A stretch of DNA of 59,741 bases, counting the filler. It is 10 parts of 10 records of this genome, joined end to end, with 100 filler letters (N's around TTAATTAATTAA, not from the genome) between each part and the next. Parts side by side here need not be neighbours in the genome. Positions count along the whole stretch, not along the records: positions 23,753 to 29,846 come from SRR31147125_209574; positions 29,947 to 35,866 come from SRR31147125_209984; positions 35,967 to 42,364 come from SRR31147125_210378; 7 more parts are not named here. The stretch is one strand, 5' to 3'. A program made the translations under genes and the position numbers. A model generated the notes under the pieces. The model saw only the letters and a program-made list of their open reading frames with translations, had not been told where the DNA came from and made no database searches. The stretch's first letter is position 1. Each line of letters begins with the position of its first letter. Below, in pieces: positions 24,493 through 36,582 of the stretch.

Positions 24493-27014
24493 ATGAATCC
24501 CTTCAAACAGATGTGTATGGACGAAACCGGAAAACCCCATGTTCTCCAAGGCAATATCGCTTTTGCCGTAGGGTGCGTGAGAGCAGGCATCCACGCCGTG
24601 GACGGCTACCCCGGCACCCCCAGTACGGAAGTTCTGGACAAGGGCCTTTCCCATGTAAAAGACATGATCGACGCCAACTGGTCGGTGAACGAAGCCGTGG
24701 CGGCCGGAGTGGGCCATGGCCACTCCTTGGCCGGTCGGGACTGCGTCGTCACCATGAAAATCCCGGGGCTGTTCCAGGCCGGGGATATCGTCACCAGTGC
24801 CTCCTATTTTACCCAACCCCGCGGTGCCCTCATCTACTACCTGGCCAGCGATTTCACCCCCAGCTCCACCCAGCATGTGATCGATCCCAGATATCTGTTC
24901 AAGAGCTGTTTTATCCCCGTTTTCGAGCCGAGAAACCATCAGGAGATGCATGAAGCCGCCGCCGTTGCCGTGAAAATCGCAAGAGAATACAACACATCCA
25001 CGGTGATTCTTGCCAGCGGTATTCTCTGCCATAGTGAAGGACTCATCTCGTTGATGGACAAAGAGCGCCGTGACCCTGTTGAAATGGGGGATTTGCGTGC
25101 CTTCAACTGCCTTCCCACCATGTCCCGCGCCAACTACAACACCATTCAGGCGGAGCGGATTCCGGCATTGAACAAACTGGTGGAAGAATCGCCCCTCAAT
25201 GTCGTAACCAAGGGAAATGGAAAGAAAGGCGTCATTACCCACGGAGTGAATACCCTCTATGTGGAAGAGTACAAAACGAATTTTGAGCCGGACCTCGATA
25301 TTCTTTCATTGGCATTCACAAATCCGCTTCCCATGGGCCGTATCAAACAATTTTACGACAGCATCGACGGGGATGTCTATATCGTCGAAGACGGGTACCG
25401 ATTCATCCAGGAAGCGTGCCTCCAGGAAGGGCTCTGCGTCAAAGGAAAAGCGCCGGACAGCAACCTCACGGAATATACGCCCGCCACGATTGCCGATCTT
25501 CTGGGGCACCCCATCGACGCATTGGAAATCACCACCCCGCCGGTACCCAGACCTCCCATGATATGCGCCGGATGCCCCTATGCCCTGTTCGCAAATGTTG
25601 CCGCGAAAATGAAAAAAGAGGGGCACTGGAGGCGATTTTCGGTGATATCGGCTGTAATTCGCTGCTCTATTTTCTAGGGGCGTTGGATACCGGTGTCGGC
25701 ATGGGCGCCAGTGAAAGCCAACGCACCGGCTATGTGTCATCCAAACCGGAGTCGGCGGCAAAATGCATCAGCCTGCTTGGCGACTCCACCGAGTGTCATT
25801 CGGGAATGGATGCCACCCGCAACGCCATCTATCGCAACTCCCCCGGCGTCAAAGTGGTACTGGACAATGAGTGGACCGCCATGACCGGCGGTCAGAATTC
25901 TCCGGCCTCTCCCGTCAACTACGATGGCGCCCCAAACAAGTTCGATCTGGTGACCTCCCTCAATGGTGAAGGGGCACCGGTGGTGACGGTGGATGCCTAC
26001 GATCTCAAAGGAATTAGAGGGGCTTTGAAAGATGCGCTTCAAAAAGCGAAAGAGGGTGTTTTCACCATTATTGTCATCAAAGGGACCTGTATCCGACGTG
26101 TCCCTCAAAGTGCCTATGGCCAAAAAATGATCGTGGATGCAGATCAATGCAAAGAGTGCGGCATCTGTAACTTCTGCTCTGCAATTGAATATGATGAAAG
26201 AAATCACCCGGTTTGGAACAATCTTTGCTCCGGATGTGTCTCCAACACGCCGGCTTGCCTGCAGATGTGTCCGGCCGGAGCCATTCGTGTCGCCACAGAG
26301 GAAGAGATTGCTGCAGCTTCCGCAGTCTCGAAAGCCTCTGTCACGACTGCGGAAGGTACACCAAAAGCAGCGCCGGAGACCATTGATGTGCCGGCTTTTG
26401 ATCGGGCATCTCTTCCGGACCGTCTCTCCCTTGCCGTTCGCGGTGTCGGCGGGCAGGGAAATCTCTTTTTCGGTAAAGTATTGGCCCAGGTGGCATTCCT
26501 GGCCGGATACGGAGAAAAAAATGTTGTCAAGGGCGAAACCCACGGCATGGCCCAGATGGGGGGACCTGTGATCAGTACATTCGGATGCGGCTCCGTTCAC
26601 AGTCCCCAGATTCTTCCCGGAACCGCCGATGCCCTCATCGTCATGGAAAAAAGTGAAGTACTGCGACCCGATTTCATCTCATCCCTCAAACCCGACGGAA
26701 CCGTACTCATGGCCGATACCGCTGTTGTCCCCCAGGGAATGGATCCGAAGCTATACCCCGCAGACGAAGCGATCAATGACGTGCTGGAGGGATTTGAAGT
26801 GATCAAGGTCAATGGGCTCAACGTGGCCATGGAAATTGGCGACTACACCGGAAAAAGCGCCAATGTGGTGATGCTGGGGGCCTTGAGCGCCCTTGAGCCC
26901 TTTAACACGATCCCCAAGAAAATCTGGCTCCAGGCGTTGAAAAGCGTCAGCCCCAAACCGGCCATCTGGAACAGTAACTACGCGGCATTCAATGCCGGAG
27001 TCAGCTTGATTTAG
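24493..27014 (+). CDS. Fused indolepyruvate:ferredoxin oxidoreductase alpha+beta; frameshift near 25620
   Basis: GYPGTPSTE, WSVNEAVA, RPPMICAGCP, GDIGC, DNEWTAMTGGQ, two Cys-rich ferredoxin motifs, then GVGGQG, ETHGMAQMGG, NVVMLGAL. Confidence 0.88.
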
Positions 27015-27124
27015 GAATGTCTTAAATCGGTTTCCCAAATCATATTATTACGCAAAGCCCCCAAATTTCCATCCAGAACGTCGGGTGCTTTCAAAACAAC
27101 CATTTTTTTATTAAGGAGAAGAGA

Positions 27125-28563
27125 ATGAACAAAGAGCACGCTCACAAAGAACTGAGTTTGACCCAATCCATTATCATGATCGTTTTGCCCATTGCCGCCA
27201 TCTTTCTCACCATTATCATTTTCCACATCGATACCCTCATGGCCCTGCTCATCGGCGCTGCCGCAGGTGCCACCACTGCCATGGTGCTCGGATTCAAGTG
27301 GGATGATATCATGGCCGGAATCAAAAAAGCGGTCTCCAGGGTGACCATCGTGCTGCTCATCCTTTATTTGGTGGGCATCTTGGTGGCCGTCTGGATCAAG
27401 GGGGGCACCATTCCCTATATGTTTTTTGGGGATTGAATCTCATGGGCATCAAATCTTTTCTCGCAGTCTCATTTGTGCTTTGCTGCATTTTCTCCATCTG
27501 TACCGGTACCTCCTTCGGCACCATCGCCGCCGGCGGTGTGGTGTTGATGGGAGTGGGGCAGACCCTCGGGGTCAATCCCGGCATGACTGCCGGTGCCATC
27601 ATCTCCGGTGCGTTTTTCGGCGACAAGATGTCTCCGGCATCGGATACGACCAATTTCGCCTCATCCGTGGTCGATGTCAATCTCTTCAGCCACATCGGAT
27701 CCATGATGTATACTACGGTTCCCTCAGCAATTCTCACTTTGATCCTATTCAGCGTTCTGGGGCTCAACATCTCCGGATCCGAACTGCCTGAAATTGTATC
27801 TCAGACAGCCAATGCACTGAACAATACCTTCCAGTTCAATATCTTTTTGCTTCTTCCTCCGGTTTGTTTTATTGTCTGCTCACTCATTCGCATCCCCGCC
27901 ATTCCCACTATGTTCATCAGCATTATGGTTGGAGGAATCATCGGTATCATTGTTCAAGACGGCGTTGGCTTCAATGAAATGTTCAACGCAGCCCTCAACG
28001 GCTCAAAATACAATACCGGCACCGGTATCGACGGTCTTTTGAGCCGAGGTGGTCTCAACAGCATGTTCTTTTCCATCACCATCATTATTTTGGCCATGTC
28101 TGTTGGCGGAATTATTGAGCTAACCGGGGCGCTTCAGGTGGTGGTGAAAAAAGTGCTGACAAAAGTCAAGAGCCTCCCCGGTTTAATCCTCTCTGTCATG
28201 GCATCCAACTATCTGATTCTTGGGGGCACCGGCGACATGATGGCGGCGATTTCACTTACCGGAAGATCCTTTGCAAAGTCATTCGAGGAAAAAGGGCTCT
28301 CTCCAAGAGTGCTTTCTCGTACATTGGAAGATTCCGCAACCTTGGGAGCACCTCTCTTCTTATGGGGAGTCTCTCCCGGATTCATTCACGGACAGCTTGG
28401 CGTCAACGTGCTTGATTACGGGATCTTTTGTTTTCTAAACTATCTGACGCCCATCGTCGCCATTGTTTGCGCAGTGACAGGATTTGGAATCTTCACACTT
28501 TCCGATGAAACAATAAAAAGCGACACTGAAACCGTCATTGCAAATGCCCAGGCAAAGGCATAA
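27125..28563 (+). CDS. NhaC-family antiporter/transporter; frameshift in T/G run near 27425
   Basis: GTIP, GTSFGT, GAIISGAFFGDKMSPASDTTN, LSRGGLNSM, LSRTLEDSAT. Confidence 0.88.
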
Positions 28564-28578
28564 ACTAGAGAGTATGAA

Positions 28579-28672
28579 ATGACAATTCCTTTAAATGTAA
28601 GCAAGAACTTGGAGTGATCCTCCCTTATTCGAGAAATGTTTGAAGAGGGGACGCGTATGAAGCAAGTCAATG
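28579..28672 (+). pseudogene. N-terminal remnant of a class I/II PLP aminotransferase
   Basis: MTIPLNVSKNLE*SSLIREMFEEGTRMKQ resembles the S-x-IRKMFEEG start of aspartate aminotransferases; in-frame TGA, similarity lost after ~30 codons. Confidence 0.6.
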
Positions 28673-29259
28673 CTCCGGCGTTCATGCTGATCAAAAGATT
28701 ACATCTCACTTGACATAAAAACGCCCTCTTTGCTGTTGTGAATGATGGCAAAATGCTGTAAATGACGCGGGTTGCGACGCCGGTAATGGCATTGATTTCT
28801 GTATCATTTGTGAACTTCAACACATATGACTATCTCAATGTTTCAACACTGTTGTTGCATCCCGTTTTTTTTTATTTTGAAGCCAAACCTCCGCTCCGTT
28901 TTTTAGGAGTTGCCTTCAAAAAATGTAAACGACTTCTGTACGCATATGAAAAATGTCTTTTTTGATCCTCATCAAAGCAACATGGGAATGCCTTTGGAAA
29001 TGAGTAAATCTGAAAATGGGGGATGCCGTTTCATCGATGAATATCCCCTTTGTCTCTGCAAGAAACTATGTTATAGATAGCAATTGTTGATAACAAGAGT
29101 TCATCCTGTTACCGGAATTTATACCGGTATTGTTCGTCCAACGTTTTAGTTGTTGATTCAACAATTCAGTTAACGACCTGTTCAAAGGGGAAATAGGCAC
29201 TTTGCAATGCGTTTGTCCTGATATGTCACCTTACGAATCAAAAATTTAGGAGAGGATCC

Positions 29260-29846
29260 ATGAGTAACGATCACCCCGCGGTATCGGAAGGAACTTGTAT
29301 GAACGACGATACGGCTTTGGGAATTCTTCAGCAACTTCCCACACCGGTCATGGCTGTTAACCAATCACTTGAGCTGATCTTTGTCAACCATGCCGGTCTT
29401 ATGATGCTGGGAAAGTCATTTGATGAGATCCGGGGGCTGCCCTGCTCGGAAGTTTTCGATTCCGAGCATTGCGGTACCTCCGAATGCCGGATAAAACAGG
29501 TGATGGAAGGTGGAGAATCCGTAACATCGCGAAATAAACTGACTGTCGATGAACGGGAGATTCCCATTGAATACACGGCTGCCGCCCTTAAGGACAAAGA
29601 GGGAAACATTATCGGCGGGGTGGAATATATCATCGATATCACGGAGCGGGTGAGTCAGGAGCGAAAGCTGGCTGAGCAAAGTAAAACCATCATGGAGATT
29701 TCCACACCCGCCCTTAAATTGTGGGACCGGATTCTGATTCTTCCGGTAGTGGGGGTGGTGGACTCTTTGCGGGCCCAGCAGATGATGAACACGATGCTCA
29801 AAAAAATCATGGAGACGTCGGCCAAGGTGATCATCCTGGATATCCA
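29260..29846 (+). CDS. PAS + STAS protein (RsbR-like), 3' truncated
   Basis: PAS/PAC ending GGVEYIIDITER, then EISTPALKLWDRILILPVVGVVDSLRAQ. Confidence 0.85.
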
Positions 29847-29946
29847 NNNNNNNNNNNNNNNNNNNNNNNNNNNNNNNNNNNNNNNNNNNNTTAATTAATT
29901 AANNNNNNNNNNNNNNNNNNNNNNNNNNNNNNNNNNNNNNNNNNNN

Positions 29947-29975
29947 TCATCATCATCATCATCATTATCATTATC
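29947..29975. repeat. (ATC)n microsatellite at contig end
   Basis: tcatcatcatcatcatcattatcattatc, inside a predicted intron. Confidence 0.85.
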
Positions 29976-31810
29976 AACACCAAGCATGAATGTACCAATG
30001 CACTCTCATTAACATTGAAATCATTGCGATGATGGGGGGGTCCGTATTCATGACCCTCGGGTGCCGATCCCACAAAGAAGAAACAACCAGGGACCTGTTG
30101 GTGAGGGGGAAGGATTACATGCCCGTGTACGCACACACACACGAATACTACATTTTCTAAGTAGAAACTGAAATCCTCACCAGCCAGAGAAGGTACAAAG
30201 GGAACCATCCTGCCGAGGCATGAAGAACACACCACCACCAAAGGACCACGAACCCATCTCCCACAATCTTCCTTGCAGCTGTGGCGACCATTTCCGTCTC
30301 CTTCAACGATGAACAAGGATCACATCAATTTGTTTTCGTCATCATACGCACCGTTGGTGTATTCGTAGTGGGAGGATAGCGCTTTCCAATGTGTAAATCA
30401 ATCTGAGCACCAAACGCGCTTCCGATTCCTGTTGCAATCTCCCGCATTCTGCGTTCGATTAACTCTTGCGTCTGTTTTGTGTAGCTACCAACGAGATGTG
30501 TCATTTCTGCCGGGATTCCATCCATTCATCCATCCATCCCCCACGTACCTCCGGGACGTCCCTGTCAGGACGGCCTCGTGGGCAATTGCATTATCTTTGA
30601 ACCCTCCTTGAATGGTTCCAACAGTCACCACGCCTGCCTCGCTTGGAGGAACATTGCGAGAGACCTGGCGAGGTGTGGGAAGGGCAAAGGAAAGAAACAA
30701 TATCGACATACAATCGTCTGATACGCTTGGACGAGGTGGGCCGCCACAACCACGGCATCTACAGTTCCCTGAGGAGTGGAACCGTGGCCACCTGATCCCT
30801 TCACGGTAATCGAATAGAGATCGGCTGCTGCTGTGACAGGGCCTTCTCCAAACGATGATCAAACCGTATCCTGAGGAGGGAAACCGACCCACCTGAACTC
30901 ACACCCACGGTTCCAAATTGCATGTAGTTCCTGTACTAGCATTCAAACATCCGAAGAAGGGGAAAGGAAGCAACACAGACCATAGATGCAAGCCGAAGGC
31001 CATATCTACATCGGGTTGCTTCAGAACTCCCTCGTGCACCATCTCCCTGGAACATCACCACCAACAATAACAACAACGAAAAGGAAAGAACGTGTGCAAG
31101 ACGTCCAGGGATACACAATCGCCACGTACCGACCCCCAGCTTCTCCCTCCTCTGCAGGTTGGAAGACGAATTTGACGATTCCTTTGATACGATCTTTCAT
31201 GCCTGTGAGTATCTGCGATCACCTGTTAGACACATCCAAAGCATGCCACGATCGGCACACGCACGCGAGCCGCAGCAAGAAGAATGGCCATATGCCCGTC
31301 GTGTCCACAGGCGTGCATGCGGTTGGGACGCTGCGATCGATAGGGGAGGGAGGATTCGACTTCCTGAACAGGAAGCCCTGTATGTGATTCGTTCGTTTTA
31401 GGCCATACGCGGGCTTCGAGGCCGGAGACGACACACACCGTCCATGTCGGCTCGGAGCATGACACATTGGCCCTTGTGGGCACCCCTAAGGACTCCCACA
31501 ACACCCGTACGTGCTATTCCACGTGTAACCTTGTGGAATGGGGAATGAACGCATCACTCTTGGTGTGTCGACCCACCACCACCACCATATTTCAATGGCT
31601 CCGAAAGACTCCAATTCGTGGGCCACAAACGATGCCGTCTCGTGTTCGTTATAAGCTATTTCAGGTCGCTTTTCCCATTGGGCGTCGGTGGTGGTGGCGG
31701 TGGTGACGGTGGTGGTTTCTCCTGCCTACCTGGTGGAGAAAACGTCGTGTCCGCACCATGTAGTCCAAGATGGCAGAATCTGCCACTTCTGGTAAGAGAG
31801 CGATGGGCAT
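29947..31810 (-). CDS. M20 family amidohydrolase with many short introns, 3' truncated
   Basis: Spliced MPIALL...[57 protein letters not shown]. Confidence 0.88.
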
Positions 31811-31852
31811 GACGGGTCGACAAGGGGGAGAGAATGTGGAAAGTGTACAGAT

Positions 31853-34800
31853 TCACTTCTTCCCTTTGCGTCCGGTCCCTTTTCGTCCAATAGATACCGC
31901 CGCTGACTTCACGGAACTAAGAGCGACCTTTGCCATAGATGTTGGCAGGATACAAGTGAGCAGACACCCTCACACATACTCGTGCCGAGAGTGTATCCGG
32001 ATGGTCGTCGCCATAGAGTTCCAAGTAAATCCGCAAGGCATTCTCGTAGTGATCATGTGCCTACACGTACAAACAAGGTCACCAACCACGAGCGCGGGAC
32101 GGAAAACACAGACCTCCTTGGGATGGTCAATCTTCTCATTGGAATTGCCCAAACGGAATTCCAGTGCTCCTATACTCACATCCTTAGAGTGGGTCAGGAA
32201 CGGGATGAGCTCATGGCACGCGCGATCCTTACCGTTTCACCCTTATGGTGCTTCTGAATGTGGAGTGCCCGCTCGAACGTCACCACAGCATCCCTGCCCT
32301 GCACACACAATCACGATCGCTGAGAGTCGTGTGCGTGTTTTCGTTCCCATACCTTGTCCTGTGTGAGATAGAGATCACCGAGATAAAGGAGGTCGGTGGC
32401 AACGTGGGGGTGCTCCATGCCATAGATGATCTCGTCCAGGTGTACGGCCTCCGCCAAATACTTCTCTGCCTCCTTGAACCTTTTGTGTGGAGGGGTCGTG
32501 TTAGTAGACAAGCTACTGTTCTGTATAGGCGGCAAACATGCAACCTCTTTTGGGACATAGTGAGACGCCCAAGAAGGAAGAGGATGTCGGAGACGCGCGG
32601 ATTCTGACGGGTGAAGAGTCTTTCGTTGAGAAGCAAGGCACGTCGGTACAGTGTTTCTGCCTCTTCGTTACGATTCAACCTGCAAGAGAGAGTCCGCAAT
32701 ACGTCTTGTGATGGGGGACCCACGCACTCATCGTACAAAAACGCCAGGTTACGAATTGTCAACGCCTCCTCGGGGGTATCCAGACCATATTTCTGGTCAA
32801 TCTTCAATGCCTGTGAACCAAATCGACGGGATGTGAGGCATACGTCCTTGCGGCTGTCTCCTTCCGTAGTGTACCCTCTGAAGCATATCTTCACAGTCGT
32901 CCATCTCACCCAGATGCACCATGGCTGTAGTAAGGCCATTGATGGCATGTGATATATCAGAATGACTTGCCCCAAGGGCCTAGATCGACATCAGATTGGA
33001 TACAAGGCAAAGAATCAACTCCCGTACGTTTTCAATGATTTCCAGCCCTTCACGGAAGTATATCTCCGCATCCGCATAGCGCCCCTGCTCAGAGGATGAA
33101 CATGGTGGAGGCACCTCTCTTGTACAGACCTGATCATTGAAAAACTGTCCCATTTCCAAAAGGTGATGTCCCAAAATGGAGGTCTTACATCCAAAGGCGT
33201 GTTCGTAGATGGATTGGACGCGATTAAGAAGATCGGACACCTCAGGCCACCTGTACTCGCAACAAGTGAGGAGGGGGAGGGGGGAGGAGGGGGCTTTGGG
33301 CACGACACAGGTACCGACCGCTCTTTATGTTTGCAAATGGAACTCAGAATATCAAAGTCACACGCAACCTGTGCAAGAGAAAAAGAAGAGCTCAGCACCT
33401 CATCCCTTACTCGATCGATCGCATCCCACCTGGAAGCTGTGTTCCCCAAATCGCGTAAAGTCTATTCCTAGTGCTCTCTTGGCGTACATGGCAGCATCCT
33501 CAATGGCTCTGGAGGTCCCTGTCACCTATATGCGTGAAGCTACTTGATCGCACCCTCTCTCTAGTCGGCACATGGCCATGTGTCGGAGCAGGGAAGAGAC
33601 AAGAGCGTGGTCTTCTCCGAATTCCAGCTCGAAGGCCTCAAGTGCATTTCGATACATAACCTCGGCATCCTTTGAAGGGAGACACACTCTCACCCAAGGG
33701 GTCTGTGTGCCACCAGAGACGTACACACCTCCCATTTCCCCATGCGTTCATTGAATTGGGCGAAATAAACTGCAGTCATCCCGGCCTCCGCAGAACGATG
33801 GCTCTTTTCCTCCTGTTTGTGTCTTGTCATAACAAACCAACAATGGAGCGACCGCACCTGAGCAATATTGAACGCCTTCTCCAGGAGAGAACCCGCCTCC
33901 TAGTGCGTGGTTCAGCTGGCGCTGTCAAACCGGACGCACGACAGAGAATACCTGAGTCCTGTGCATCATTTGAAGACAAAGCCCCAGCAATCCCATCGCG
34001 AACGCCAGGTTTACTCGATCCGACGGCTTCTTGTGCGCCTCTTTCAGTTGAACCTTTGAGGGATTGAGGGCAAAGGAAACAAAGAAATTCAAGTGCCGCA
34101 CATCTTTCCGCAATTTGGCTTCTGCTGCCTCGTATTGCCCCGTAAAAAACAAGACCTGTGCCCAGTCAGTATGCCCGTCCTCCTCCTGGACGAGATACCT
34201 CTGGTGTTGAAGGAAGGAACTGGAGTTTTTTGACACGCGGCTCCAAGCTCACATTCTCCAGCAATGTCTCTTCGTCGTGCAACATAAACTCGCTCGACAA
34301 CTTGGCATTGGCTGGGTATTGTGTCCCCATGGGTGACGGACTCCTCTCGTGATCCAACGGCAACGTACCCTCATCTCCAAATTTCGCTCCTGTAAGCTCC
34401 TGAAGGCGCTTGAACAACAGACGCCGGTCGACACGTTGTCGAAGGTCACAGGCAGGATTCCTGTGCCCGTACAATGAGTCGGGAGAGGGAACCAATACAC
34501 TCTGTGCTTTCGCACTTCTCTTCGTCTGAGAGCCCGCGATGGTACCGACTCTCAATGCCCTCCTTCAAAGAGCTCTTTCCGACCGTCATCCAGTACCTGG
34601 GACCGCAACCGCAATCAAACAGGCAGATACGCACTCATCCAACATACGCATGCGACTCTTTGGTATTCCCGAGAATCATCCGGAAAAACCGTACTACCAC
34701 ATCCTGTCTCCGCCGTACCACGTGAGCCGGTATCACATAACGAGCATGCATTCAACCTTGGGGTTTTCCTCAAAATCATTCTGGAGGGATATGATCTTGA

Positions 34801-35866
34801 ACTTGCGGTCCAAAATGTGTCGTGAACTACACATTGACTTGAGTTGAGGTTCACAATATCCAAACGTGCCCTTCCCCACCATCGTGCCACAATCTCCGTC
34901 AAGAGGACACGACGAATGTTGTTCAGTTTGGAGAGGGCCCGGACATGGCCCAAGTATCGCAAGTTAATCCCCCTGCAATGAATACGCTGTAAAAAGCGAT
35001 CCAAGACGATTGGGTACACACATGGCATGCATCAGCCCTATTATATCCAGTTGAAGCGGTTCGGAATCGTGCCCACGCTTCTCCTTTTCGTCAAGTTCGG
35101 CATAGGTTGCATCAAGCTCCTCCGCAAAGGTGCGAATCACCACTTCCTCCTGTGTGTGTGTGTGGTGTTCGAAAGACAAGTCAAACAGGCCCATGGGACG
35201 CACGAGATAGAGAGTTGCCTCTCTAATTTCCAGGTTGTGAAGGGTGGCATTGTCCTTTCCCCAGCCTGAGAATGCATCCGAACACAAAGGCACTGTGCAT
35301 GTCCGCACCTAAACCCGAGATGAGAATCCTACAAAAACCCAACGCGCAAGACGCACAAACTCCGGTCGCATGAGACGGAAGAGATGGCTCGAGGGGAGAC
35401 CCTTATCGGGATCCGTTGGAGGCAGCAGGCGAGAGGTATTCACAATGTAACAACTGGACGACGGGAATTAGAAGAAGGGAATACTCCTGTGTGCGGACGC
35501 ACCGCCCATCCTTCCCGAGATGTCCCTCTATGTCTCCTGGTCCGTAGAGCGAAACATTTTCCCCAACGATATGTGGCTTCCACGTGGAGAATGGTAAGGT
35601 TGGACGGTGCGTATACACGTCAGCGTACCTTGAGGTTCAACATGTCACCCACCCTCCGAGCAAGGAAACTGGATGCGTGCATGGGTAAGCGAGAATTCAG
35701 GGGGAACAACCCCATACGTCATGTAATTGTAAGACAGGTGGTTGACGCGTCCGCCGTCGTTCGATCCGTACACAATCGTTTCTCTTTCGCATGAACACGT
35801 AAGAACACCATCTGGGGCAACCAACGACGACAAACACACAAACCGGTCGACGGGCGGAACTGCGCA
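31853..35866 (-). CDS. Clu-domain plus TPR protein, intron-rich, 5' truncated
   Basis: GPGDIEGHLGKDGR, PLCSDAFSGWG, GINLRYLGHVR, LLTEIVAR; kinesin-light-chain-type TPRs (HPHVATDL, GDDHPDT); ends GRKGKK* at 31853. Confidence 0.8.
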
Positions 35867-35966
35867 NNNNNNNNNNNNNNNNNNNNNNNNNNNNNNNNNN
35901 NNNNNNNNNNTTAATTAATTAANNNNNNNNNNNNNNNNNNNNNNNNNNNNNNNNNNNNNNNNNNNN

Positions 35967-36212
35967 GGTGATCCCATGGATAAGAACATCTATGATCTGC
36001 CGCCGGAGGAGTTGGCGGAGATGGGTAAAGCACCGGGATCCCTTGCTGAAGCCCTGGATGCCCTGGAAGCGGATCATGAGTTCCTTCTCAAAGGGGATGT
36101 GTTCACAAAAGATGTTATCGAAAATTGGATCTCCTACAAGAGAGAGAACGAGGTCACGCCTGTGAACAGCCGACCGCATCCCCATGAGTTCTTCCTCTAC
36201 TATGATATTTAA
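35967..36212 (+). CDS. glnA: Glutamine synthetase type I, C-terminal fragment
   Basis: [35 protein letters not shown]. Confidence 0.93.
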   Translation, partial: GDPMDKNIYDLPPEELAEMGKAPGSLAEALDALEADHEFLLKGDVFTKDVIENWISYKRENEVTPVNSRPHPHEFFLYYDI

Positions 36213-36362
36213 GATCTGGACAATTGATGAATAATTAAAATATCGTAAACCTCCGGCTTTGCCGGGCGACTTACGGACGCTTGATTTGATGCGTTAAGAA
36301 GCGCTGCCGGAATATTGGGTCAACCGCTCTACTTCATTCTGTTCATCGTAACGCATCATCGT

Positions 36363-36397
36363 AAAAGGGTATCTCGAATTATCGAGATACCCTTTTT
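36363..36397 (+). terminator. Rho-independent terminator, possibly bidirectional
   Basis: AAAAGGGTATCTCGA-ATTA-TCGAGATACCCTTTTT perfect stem. Confidence 0.8.
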
Positions 36398-36450
36398 GCG
36401 TTTCATCTGTTGTTGGGTCCGTACTTTGACAGGACTATTGCGATGAAGTG

Positions 36451-36490
36451 AATGTTCTAAAGTGAACATTTATGTTGATAAGTGAAAATA
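36451..36490. promoter_or_regulatory. Tandem GlpR-like operators upstream of glpA
   Basis: AATGTTCTAAAGTGAACATT then TATGTTGATAAGTGAAAATA; ATGTTC-N6-GAACAT symmetry; TTGACA at 36426. Confidence 0.6.
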
Positions 36491-36582
36491 TAAATTGCTA
36501 TTTTCCCCTCTGAATGTTATTTTTATTGAAGATAATCACACGATTTTGGAATGATTCTTATCGGGTGCATGAGGAGGGCGAT

